A stretch of DNA of 49,446 nt from an uncultured Methanosarcinales archaeon (lineage in GTDB: Archaea; Nanobdellota; Nanobdellia; Woesearchaeales; DATGWN01). Shown piece by piece: positions 1 through 8,034 of the stretch. The first letter of the stretch is position 1, and each line of letters opens with the position of its first letter. The notes under the pieces are model-generated. The model was given only the letters and a program-made list of their open reading frames with translations. It made no database searches and was not told the origin of the DNA. The translations under genes and the position numbers were made by a program. The stretch is taken from NCBI GenBank assembly GCA_964624275.1, contig CAZUXP010000005.1, positions 1 to 49,446 of the forward strand. Reading direction: 5' to 3'.

Positions 1-1
1 A

Positions 2-1423
2 GAACCAGAACCAGAACCGGATGAAATTGACATTTCCGAAATCGATGCAGATTCTGTTAAAACAGACGAAATAACGAAAAAACCCGAAGATTTTAATGAA
101 AAACTAACAATTCAAAGAGAACAATTTTATAAAGAAAATAAAGAAATCCAAACTGAAAATATTAAACTTGTTCAAAGTAAAAAAAATCGACTCGAAGAAT
201 ATATAAGTCTTTTAGAAAAAGAAGATACAGATTCTGAACGTTTCAATGAGTTAAAAGAAGAATTTCAGAATATTGAGAATTTAGATAGTTTAAAAGAAGC
301 GCTTGATACATACGATTCAAAAATAGATTTCTTAACAACAACTCTAACTGAAATTCCCGTATCATCATACACTAACGAAGAAGGAAAAGAAGTCACATTA
401 TACCAAACAGAAAATGCTGATGGTACGCTCACTTCAAGAATTGTAATTGATGGTGAAGAACAAAAATACACTGTAGATCAAAAAGATCGAATTAGTTTGG
501 AAATTGACGGAACCCAAGTTACAAGAGGTGGAATATTTGGTGGCATCCAATGCAGTGATGGACCCTGTTCAGATGCACAAAAAGAAGAATTTAAAGAACG
601 CGAAAAACAAATCAAAGAAGAAAATTCAAAATATCGATTAACAAGAGCACAGGAAGTTGATCAAGAGCGTTCTTTCTCAGAACGAGCACAAATCCGAATC
701 AATTTCATTCGTTCAGCAGCCGGAGCGTTTTCATCAGTAACACCACTTCTCAATGAATTAGGATTATTTTCAGATGAAATGCTTGCAGATTGGAGATACC
801 AAGTTGATAGTATGTTTGAATCAGTTGGTTTGACATCCGCATTTTATGTAAAAGAATTTTGTTCTGCAAACCTTGAACTTCCAGAAGGTTCTCAAGCTGC
901 ATTTGTTCAAATGCCAGATAGTTCTGCACAATTAGGGGCGTCAGTGCAAGGAGAATGTTCACAAGTCTCTTTTGAAGGAACAAGTGGCGCAGGCTTAAGT
1001 AATGTCTCAGAATATCATTACAAATTCATGGGCTATGTAAATAATCCCAGACTTGGTGGACGATTATCTGCAAGTGATATGAAATTTTCAATTTATATGG
1101 AAGGTCCTGATGGACGAGTTGATTTATTCTCAGAAGGTAAAAAAACTTTAAGTGCTGGTGAATCATTCTCATTAACAGGCGCTAATGCATTTCAAATTTT
1201 TTCAAGTAAACGATTTGATGCAATTTGTGTACATTTTGATGAACCACCACAAGCAGCAACCAAAAACACCGTTTGTAACGCAATTCAATGTACTGTATTA
1301 GATAATGTGGGAGATTATAATAATAAACACCCACCAATCGAAACAACACCGGATGGAGTTGCAACTGCAGATGTTGAAAGCGGAAGTGCAGGTTCAATAT
1401 TTAATTACGAGGCATTTGAATGA
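2..1423 (+). CDS. Large hypothetical protein, 5'-truncated by the window edge; acidic, probably surface-exposed
   Basis: The frame of the 497..1423 ORF is open back to position 2 (EPEPEPDEIDISEID...). It has an EP linker, a coiled-coil stretch and a Cys-containing beta-rich C-terminus. Confidence 0.75.
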   Translation, partial: EPEPEPDEIDISEIDADSVKTDEITKKPEDFNEKLTIQREQFYKENKEIQTENIKLVQSKKNRLEEYISLLEKEDTDSERFNELKEEFQNIENLDSLKEALDTYDSKIDFLTTTLTEIPVSSYTNEEGKEVTLYQTENADGTLTSRIVIDGEEQKYTVDQKDRISLEIDGTQVTRGGIFGGIQCSDGPCSDAQKEEFKEREKQIKEENSKYRLTRAQEVDQERSFSERAQIRINFIRSAAGAFSSVTPLLNELGLFSDEMLADWRYQVDSMFESVGLTSAFYVKEFCSANLELPEGSQAAFVQMPDSSAQLGASVQGECSQVSFEGTSGAGLSNVSEYHYKFMGYVNNPRLGGRLSASDMKFSIYMEGPDGRVDLFSEGKKTLSAGESFSLTGANAFQIFSSKRFDAICVHFDEPPQAATKNTVCNAIQCTVLDNVGDYNNKHPPIETTPDGVATADVESGSAGSIFNYEAFE

Positions 1424-2313
1424 AAAAATTAATTAAAGTATGTAAAACAAAAGAATTTGGTTTAGCAACGTTAATTGGATTACTTATATTCATATTATTT
1501 ATTGGTGTTGGTGAAACCCAAAATAGCGTATTTGGAACTATTATTTCATCAACTATTGAATCCCATCCTGATTATAATATAATTCAATCGCAAAGTGTAA
1601 CACCACAACAACTCGAAGATGACCCTGAAAGGTTTTTGAATTACTTCATACTTGTCATAAGTGTTTTAGTTGGAGCAGGAGTAATAGGATTTTTACTTTA
1701 CGTTTTGTTTCAGACAACATTTTGGAATTTTGTGCAAACAAAAAAAATAAGCCTGAAATTTTATATGAAGCAACTTGTAAATCAGCTTTTATTTATTTGT
1801 TTTACAAGCGTTGTAATATTTGTCTTATTAGGATTAACTCCGCTTATACAAGTAACATTTGGTTTTGGTGGAATTTTAGCGCAAACAACACCAACACAAA
1901 TTATTGCACAAATCATCTTAATAACACTCTACACAATTATTGTCGTACTTCCACTTGTATATGTAGTTCATACATTTGTTTTTCATTTACCGTATTATAT
2001 TGTAAAATATGAATCAATTAGACAATCAATTAAACAATATTATCAAAAAACGATTCAAAAACAGTTGTATTACTTTTTACCTTTATACATAATAGCAGGT
2101 ATTATAATAACAGCTTCTTATCAACTTACAATATTTTTAACAGAAATGCATTATGTTTCTGGCGTCTTGTTTGGAATTCTTGCAACAATACTTCCATTTG
2201 CGTGGATATTTGTGTCAATACCAATTATTGATGACTATTTACAAGGAAAAGTAGAACAAAAAAAAATATCGAGTCGCAAAACATTGCAGCGTAATAAATC
2301 TAAACGTAACTAA
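1420..2313 (+). CDS. Multi-pass membrane protein, function unknown
   Basis: About 6 hydrophobic segments and a basic C-terminal tail; ATGA overlap with the upstream gene. Confidence 0.75.
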   Translation: MKKLIKVCKTKEFGLATLIGLLIFILFIGVGETQNSVFGTIISSTIESHPDYNIIQSQSVTPQQLEDDPERFLNYFILVISVLVGAGVIGFLLYVLFQTTFWNFVQTKKISLKFYMKQLVNQLLFICFTSVVIFVLLGLTPLIQVTFGFGGILAQTTPTQIIAQIILITLYTIIVVLPLVYVVHTFVFHLPYYIVKYESIRQSIKQYYQKTIQKQLYYFLPLYIIAGIIITASYQLTIFLTEMHYVSGVLFGILATILPFAWIFVSIPIIDDYLQGKVEQKKISSRKTLQRNKSKRN

Positions 2314-2661
2314 TTACTTGCGATACTTTGCAAGTATATCCTCTATTTTTTTCAAATTTTCAGATTTGATTGTTAACGCATATCCACTTAATATTAACTT
2401 TATATCATCAACTGAATGCGGTAATATATCTACTAATTTAATTATATGCTCGTCTTTAAGTCGTGGAATTTCTAATTCAACTAATTCTTTTTTCAAAGCA
2501 GTTGCATCTTTATCGGTTAATGGTGTGAATTGGTTCACATACGCTTCACATCGATTTGCACGAAAACCAAGTTCTTCATCTCGTTTCTTTAAGACTTTCA
2601 AATTTTTTTTTACATCGTATGAACTTAATGGTTCTTCAAAAACTATTTCTGGATTTGTCAT
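2314..2661 (-). CDS. rpo4: RNA polymerase subunit F (Rpo4)
   Basis: 115 aa with the HRDC-like motif IIKLVDILPHSVDDIKLIL; directly downstream of eL21 as in the conserved archaeal operon. Confidence 0.9.
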   Translation of the reverse strand: MTNPEIVFEEPLSSYDVKKNLKVLKKRDEELGFRANRCEAYVNQFTPLTDKDATALKKELVELEIPRLKDEHIIKLVDILPHSVDDIKLILSGYALTIKSENLKKIEDILAKYRK

Positions 2662-2663
2662 TT

Positions 2664-2954
2664 TTATAAAGATTGTAAATGTGCTGGATGAACAATAATT
2701 CGTTTTTTTGTTCCTTCATCAGTAACTTCAACTTTGTAACAATCGCCTTGTTTTGCTAAAACGACTCCGCTTCTTCCGTGAAATCTTCGAAAATATAATC
2801 CTTTTTGGATAATCGGCTGTGCTTTTAAAACAACTTTTTGTCCGATTTCATATTCATGCAAGCATCTTCGAATGCTTAATTTACCTTTTTCACGGACTGA
2901 GTTTTGAAACACGTGTCGTGTTTTTCTTCGATTTCCGCCTACTCTTGTTGCCAT
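2664..2954 (-). CDS. rpl21e: 50S ribosomal protein L21e
   Basis: GGNRRKTRH, RRFHGRSGVV and IVHPAHLQ motifs. Confidence 0.95.
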   Translation of the reverse strand: MATRVGGNRRKTRHVFQNSVREKGKLSIRRCLHEYEIGQKVVLKAQPIIQKGLYFRRFHGRSGVVLAKQGDCYKVEVTDEGTKKRIIVHPAHLQSL

Positions 2955-3049
2955 AATACACTTGTGGAATTCAAATCCCTTTAAAAATGTTGTTGTTGTC
3001 TCAGCGATATGTGTATTTGTATAGAAGATAAAATTTCAATTTATAAAAC

Positions 3050-3063
3050 GAAACATTTATATA
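3050..3063 (+). promoter_or_regulatory. BRE-TATA promoter upstream of sepF
   Basis: GAAACATTTATATA; near-identical motifs recur at 7247, 18527, 41237 and 48295. Confidence 0.6.
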
Positions 3064-3109
3064 TAGTTTTAAACCATTTATTTTTAAACGTTGTAGTAGA
3101 GGTACACAG

Positions 3110-3508
3110 ATGAAGCGATTTTTTGCAAACTTAACTGGAAAATTAAAAAATAATAGTAATAATGATGATGATCTTTTAGAGATTGAAGAAGAATATGTTG
3201 AATTAGATTCACGACCAATGGTTAAAGACGATGATGCAAAAGTAGTTGTGCGACCTTTTACAATTGAAGACTTCTCAGATGTCAAAGAAATACTCGATAC
3301 AATTCGCGATGGGTATACAATTGCACTTGTAAATATTAAACCATTAAAAGAAAAAGATGTTATTGAATTAAAACGAGCAATTAGTAAACTAAAAAAGACA
3401 TGTGATGCTATTAAAGGTGATATCGCAGGTTTTGGTGATGATTATATAGTAGTCGCGCCTGAGTTTGCAACTATTTATCGTCAAAAAAAATCTGAAGACT
3501 CGCTGTAA
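3110..3508 (+). CDS. sepF: Cell division protein SepF
   Basis: N-terminal amphipathic helix (MKRFFANL), EEEYVELD, and a SepF core (DVKEILDTIRDGYTIALVNI...GDIAGFGDDYIVVAP). Confidence 0.9.
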   Translation: MKRFFANLTGKLKNNSNNDDDLLEIEEEYVELDSRPMVKDDDAKVVVRPFTIEDFSDVKEILDTIRDGYTIALVNIKPLKEKDVIELKRAISKLKKTCDAIKGDIAGFGDDYIVVAPEFATIYRQKKSEDSL

Positions 3509-3621
3509 GCTTTTTTGTTTTTGTCTTCGACATCACTGTTTGGACAGAGCAAATTTCTTAGATAGTTTTATAAATATAGAGTACTTATATTATTTTAGAT
3601 TTATGATTCGAGGGGATATAT

Positions 3622-4179
3622 ATGCAACAAGTAAAAGAAGATTACGCGATAGTATTGGATTTTCTCCCAAATGGGTATCCGCTCGAAAAACAAGTTGGGT
3701 ACAAAAAAGTTCCGATTGTGCAAGCAATTGGTAAATCTAATTTCATTTTATTAGAACTCGTTCCAAAAAAAGATGTTCACGTTAAATCAGGAGATGAAGT
3801 CTATGTTGGAAATGGAAAACGTGATCAAATTCATCATATAAATGGAAAAATTCCAATCAAAAGACTGACTGCAACAGCAAATGGTGAATTAGAATATGTC
3901 GTTCGTGCGCTTATTCAAAAGAATGAAGAAAAATTTATTACGTTTTTTAATGAATCAACACCACTGAGTATGCGAATGCACCAGTTAGAATTACTTCCGG
4001 GTCTTGGTAAAAAGCACATGTGGGAAATAGTTGAAGAACGTCAAGGAAAACCGTTTACAAGTTTTGAAGATTTAAAACAACGAGTTAAACTTATACCAGA
4101 TCCTCAAAAACTTATTTTAAAGAGAATTTTAAAAGAGTTAGACGGTAACGAAAAACATCATCTTTTTGTTAAGGAATAA
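3622..4179 (+). CDS. DUF655 family putative RNA-binding protein
   Basis: AIVLDFLPNG, FILLEL, RMHQLELLPGLGKKHMWEI helix-hairpin-helix motif. Confidence 0.9.
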   Translation: MQQVKEDYAIVLDFLPNGYPLEKQVGYKKVPIVQAIGKSNFILLELVPKKDVHVKSGDEVYVGNGKRDQIHHINGKIPIKRLTATANGELEYVVRALIQKNEEKFITFFNESTPLSMRMHQLELLPGLGKKHMWEIVEERQGKPFTSFEDLKQRVKLIPDPQKLILKRILKELDGNEKHHLFVKE

Positions 4180-4236
4180 TATCTTTTTTAGTATTCTTTG
4201 AATACTTTTTTAAATACATATTCCTAAAATTGATGT

Positions 4237-5727
4237 ATGTCTCAAAAAAAAGAATCACTATTCTCAAAAGTATATTCAATTATGCAAAAACACCCTGTTG
4301 GTTTTTTGAGTTTAACAGGGTGGGTTTTACTTTTAATAGTCTCATATAATTTTGTGTACGGAATTTTAAAAAATTCAATAGGTAGTATCGCACAAAATGC
4401 TGGAGCAATAATTCAAACAATTACTTCGCAAGGTACACAAAATCCAGAATATATTCAATTATATGGTGATCAATCATTATTAGGCATTATCTTTACAGAT
4501 CCAATCATTCAAAAGTCGTTATGGAGTTTGTTTGGATTATATATTGGTATTTTACTATTTGCAACAGTTTTTATTACTGCGTTAATTTATTTTCCTCTGT
4601 ATTATTATAGTCATATTACAAAAACAAAAATAGTTTCATTTTCAAAACTCATAAAACTCATAATAGTATGGATGAGCATTTTTGCTCTATACAAAATTAT
4701 ATTTTTATTTTTGAATTTACGTTATGTATTTGTGAGCGTTATAACTGAAACTACGCCCTTTAATATATTTATTATTGATCGAATAGTTGTGTTCTTATTT
4801 GTTGTATTTTTGACAATTTCAGTTATGAACCTTTACACTATGTCAGTCAAAAAAGCATTTTTTCAATCATTTAAACCAACAAAAACTACTGGTGTTACAA
4901 TTTTAGTACTTCTTGTAACGATTTTTTTCATCATACTTCTTTTTATGGTGTTTGAATTAATTCCAAGTGTGGCTATGCTAATACTATTACTTATAGTATT
5001 TAGTGCAATATATATAGGATATACAGTATTTTTCTTTTTTTATGTTAAACATGAGTATGTGAAAAAACATCACCCTATTAACCTAAAAAAATTTGTGTAT
5101 CTTCCAGCTTTATTTTTTATACTGTTTCTCCCATTATTATTCGCGACGTCATACTTAGAATCGCAACTGACACCATTAACTGGAGATTTTGATTTCGAAT
5201 TACCATCAAATTATAAAGAACAACTACGATTATCACAAGAGAGTATATATATAATTGAATTTATAGATTTTAATTGTCAATTTTGTAAATCTTCACATCC
5301 TTTAGTGCTTCAGTTACGTGACATATATAAAAATGAACAAAAAGTTCAATTTGAGACAAGGCATTTTTTGTTGGATGAATTAAATGAAGGCTCAATACGA
5401 GCAGGTATGACTTATGAGTGTTTAAAAAACCAAGGATTGGCACTGCAAGCAAAGGAAACACTCTATGAGTATCAAAATCAATTTAGTGTTAATACATTAT
5501 TGAATATTGGTGAAATGAGTGAAAATTACGGTCAGTTTGTAGCATGTTTTGAATCTGAATCGATTTATAATATAGTGCAAAGTGATACGATTAATGCAAA
5601 AAATATGGGATTACAAGGAACTCCAACATATCTTGTATTTGATACAACAAAACCTCAAGATGCAAAAATATTTGTTGGTACGCCTCCAATTCAAGTAATG
5701 GTAGCAACGATCGATGAGTGGATATAA
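4237..5727 (+). CDS. Multi-pass membrane protein with C-terminal DsbA-like thioredoxin domain
   Basis: About 7 TM segments, then IEFIDFNCQFCK (CxxC) and GLQGTPT cis-Pro loop. Confidence 0.8.
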   Translation: MSQKKESLFSKVYSIMQKHPVGFLSLTGWVLLLIVSYNFVYGILKNSIGSIAQNAGAIIQTITSQGTQNPEYIQLYGDQSLLGIIFTDPIIQKSLWSLFGLYIGILLFATVFITALIYFPLYYYSHITKTKIVSFSKLIKLIIVWMSIFALYKIIFLFLNLRYVFVSVITETTPFNIFIIDRIVVFLFVVFLTISVMNLYTMSVKKAFFQSFKPTKTTGVTILVLLVTIFFIILLFMVFELIPSVAMLILLLIVFSAIYIGYTVFFFFYVKHEYVKKHHPINLKKFVYLPALFFILFLPLLFATSYLESQLTPLTGDFDFELPSNYKEQLRLSQESIYIIEFIDFNCQFCKSSHPLVLQLRDIYKNEQKVQFETRHFLLDELNEGSIRAGMTYECLKNQGLALQAKETLYEYQNQFSVNTLLNIGEMSENYGQFVACFESESIYNIVQSDTINAKNMGLQGTPTYLVFDTTKPQDAKIFVGTPPIQVMVATIDEWI

Positions 5728-5734
5728 CTAAAAA

Positions 5735-7237
5735 ATGAATACGGATACCAAATTTAAACTAAAAAAATTGGCTTTAACAACTGGTGGTATTTATATTGTA
5801 GTTTTACATGAATCTTCTGCAAAAAAATTAAGACTTCGAACTGGGGATCGGGTTAGTTTACGGCAAAAATATTCTTCGCAAAAAATAATAGCAATATTAG
5901 ACACTACAAGTGATGAATCATTTATTAAAAAAAATCAAGTAGGTATATTTAAAGAATTACATCGATATTTTCAAAAAAATACTGGATTAATATATATTCA
6001 ACCAAAATCAAAACCATCCGCAGTTTTTGCAATTCAAAAAAAATTGCATAACAAACGCTTGAGTAAAGATGAAATGTATGATATTGTGATGAGTATTACA
6101 AAAAATGAATTGACTGATATTGAAATGACATATTTTGTCTCAGCATGTTTTGCAAATGAATTAAGCGAATCAGAAATAGTTCATTTAACAAATGCGATGA
6201 TTGAATCAGGGGAAACAATTCAGTTTCCACACAAAATAGTTGTTGATAAACATTGCATAGGTGGGGTTGCAGCGAATCGAACAACAACACTTGTTGTTCC
6301 AATACTTGCAGCAGCTGGGTATTGTATGCCAAAAACAAGTTCTCGTTCAATTACAAGTCCTGCTGGAACAAGTGATACGATGGAAGTTTTAACAAATGTA
6401 AGTTTATCCGCAAAACAAATAAAAGATGTTGTAAAAAAAACAAATGGGTGTTTAGTTTGGGGTGGTGGATTAGATTTGGCTCCAGCAGATGATAAAATCA
6501 TTCGCGTTGAACACCCATTATCTTTAGATCCGCAAGGTCAATTAGTTGCAAGTATATTGGCAAAGAAAAAAACAGTTGGTGCAACTCATGTTTTAATTGA
6601 TATTCCTGTTGGTAAGGGAGCAAAAATTGAAAAAATGCAGAAAGCAAAAAAACTTCAGCATTTATTTGTTCGTATTGGAAAAAAATTAGGTATGGATGTA
6701 CTTGCAATTATAACTGATGGTTCTCAACCTATTGGAAACGGTATTGGACCTGCATTGGAAGCAAGAGATATATTATGGACTTTAGAAAATTCTCCGAAAG
6801 GATCACTTCAATTAAAAGAAAAAGCAATTAATTTGAGTGCACAGCTTATTAATTTCATTACAAAAAAAAAGGATGGACAAAAAATAGCAACAGAAATTTT
6901 TGAGTCACAAAAAGCATATGACAAATTTCAAAAAATACTCGTCGCTCAAGGTGCGAAAATAGTAGATGCAAAAAATATATCTGTTGGAAGATATACGCAT
7001 ACTGTTCTGTCTCAATCATCTGGAAAAGTAAAACATATTGATAATGTTGAAATTTCAAGAATTGCAAAACTTCTTGGAGCTCCTTTTGATACTGGCGCAG
7101 GAGTATATTTACATGTTCATAAAAATGATATTGTTCAGAAGAATCAATCATTATGTACTTTGTATGCACAAAATAAAAATAAATTATTGCATGTAAAAGA
7201 ATTTGTTCAAAAACAAAATGGATTTATTGTAAAATAG
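5735..7237 (+). CDS. deoA: AMP phosphorylase (thymidine phosphorylase family)
   Basis: DKHCIGGV, PKTSSRSITSPAGTSDTME, GIGPALEA; 500 aa with N-terminal extension. Confidence 0.92.
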   Translation: MNTDTKFKLKKLALTTGGIYIVVLHESSAKKLRLRTGDRVSLRQKYSSQKIIAILDTTSDESFIKKNQVGIFKELHRYFQKNTGLIYIQPKSKPSAVFAIQKKLHNKRLSKDEMYDIVMSITKNELTDIEMTYFVSACFANELSESEIVHLTNAMIESGETIQFPHKIVVDKHCIGGVAANRTTTLVVPILAAAGYCMPKTSSRSITSPAGTSDTMEVLTNVSLSAKQIKDVVKKTNGCLVWGGGLDLAPADDKIIRVEHPLSLDPQGQLVASILAKKKTVGATHVLIDIPVGKGAKIEKMQKAKKLQHLFVRIGKKLGMDVLAIITDGSQPIGNGIGPALEARDILWTLENSPKGSLQLKEKAINLSAQLINFITKKKDGQKIATEIFESQKAYDKFQKILVAQGAKIVDAKNISVGRYTHTVLSQSSGKVKHIDNVEISRIAKLLGAPFDTGAGVYLHVHKNDIVQKNQSLCTLYAQNKNKLLHVKEFVQKQNGFIVK

Positions 7238-7246
7238 CGAATTTAC

Positions 7247-7261
7247 GAAAACATTTATAAA
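7247..7261 (+). promoter_or_regulatory. BRE-TATA promoter of the H1-like gene
   Basis: GAAAACATTTATAAA; SD-like GAGGT shortly before ATG 7325. Confidence 0.65.
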
Positions 7262-7324
7262 CATCTTTACATAGAATTGTATATAAATCCTGTTAAAGGA
7301 CTATCATAAGAGGTTATATACAAA

Positions 7325-7618
7325 ATGGCTAAGAAAAAAGCAGCTAAAAAAGTTGCAAAAAAAGCAGTCAAGAAAGTTGCAAAGAAAAAAGCAGCTAAAA
7401 AAACTGTAAAAAAAGTAGCAAAGAAAGCGGCAAAAAAGAAAGTAGTGAAAAAAGCAGCTAAGAAATCTGTAAAGAAATCTGCAAAGAAAAAGGTAGCTAA
7501 AAAGAAAGTAGCAAAGAAAAAAGCTCCGAAGAAAAAAGTTGCAAAGAAAGTCGCTAAAAAGAAAGTTGCAAAGAAAAAAGTAGCGAAGAAAAAAGCTTCG
7601 AGAAAATCTCGTAAGTAA
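7325..7618 (+). CDS. Histone H1-like Lys/Ala/Val-rich protein
   Basis: 97 aa, 52 Lys, no acidic residues, repeats of KK(K)VA/AA. Synonymous codons vary between repeats; it has its own promoter and terminator. Confidence 0.85.
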   Translation: MAKKKAAKKVAKKAVKKVAKKKAAKKTVKKVAKKAAKKKVVKKAAKKSVKKSAKKKVAKKKVAKKKAPKKKVAKKVAKKKVAKKKVAKKKASRKSRK

Positions 7619-7626
7619 TTCTACAT

Positions 7627-7652
7627 TCTGCAAAGCGAACTTGCTTTGCAGA
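7627..7652 (+). terminator. Stem-loop after the H1-like gene
   Basis: TCTGCAAAGC-gaactt-GCTTTGCAGA, a perfect 10-bp stem just after the stop. Confidence 0.6.
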
Positions 7653-7731
7653 GTTGTTGTCTAAATAATTTAAAAATAGGTATAGTACATATAATTATTA
7701 TTACAAAAGCATTATAAATACCAAAGCACAT

Positions 7732-8034
7732 TTGTTTGATATGAATAATATATTACTAACTATAGGTATAATTATATTTTGTATTGTTTGCATTATTTTT
7801 GCATTTAAAATAGTTACAGTTTTAACACGAACAATTGTGCTTTTTGCGATAGTATGTGTTATAATCTTTGCAATTTTCTGGTTGAATCCGGAGGAAATGT
7901 TTTCATCAATAAGCGATATTTTTGATGCAAATGTATCGAATTCATCCTGGCGTTCTTTTTTCCCGTCTGATTCTGAATCAATAGTTAATCAAACAAGTAA
8001 TGTGACTTCGCAAAATCAAACAAATACGACTTGA
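7732..8034 (+). CDS. Small membrane protein
   Basis: Two N-terminal TM helices and a polar tail with several N-x-S/T sequons; TATA-like ATTATAAA ~20 nt upstream. Confidence 0.65.
   Translation: MFDMNNILLTIGIIIFCIVCIIFAFKIVTVLTRTIVLFAIVCVIIFAIFWLNPEEMFSSISDIFDANVSNSSWRSFFPSDSESIVNQTSNVTSQNQTNTT

Noticed and set aside
265-3285. Short ORFs 265..471, 750..983, 1182..1397, 1722..2012, 2318..2698 and 3001..3285
   Set aside because: They overlap better-supported genes in other frames and show no motifs. The same applies to most other 60-110 aa overlapping ORFs in the track.
7304-7633. 109-aa Phe/Cys-rich minus-strand ORF
   Set aside because: It is the antisense mirror of the Lys-rich repeat gene; promoter, SD and terminator support the plus strand.
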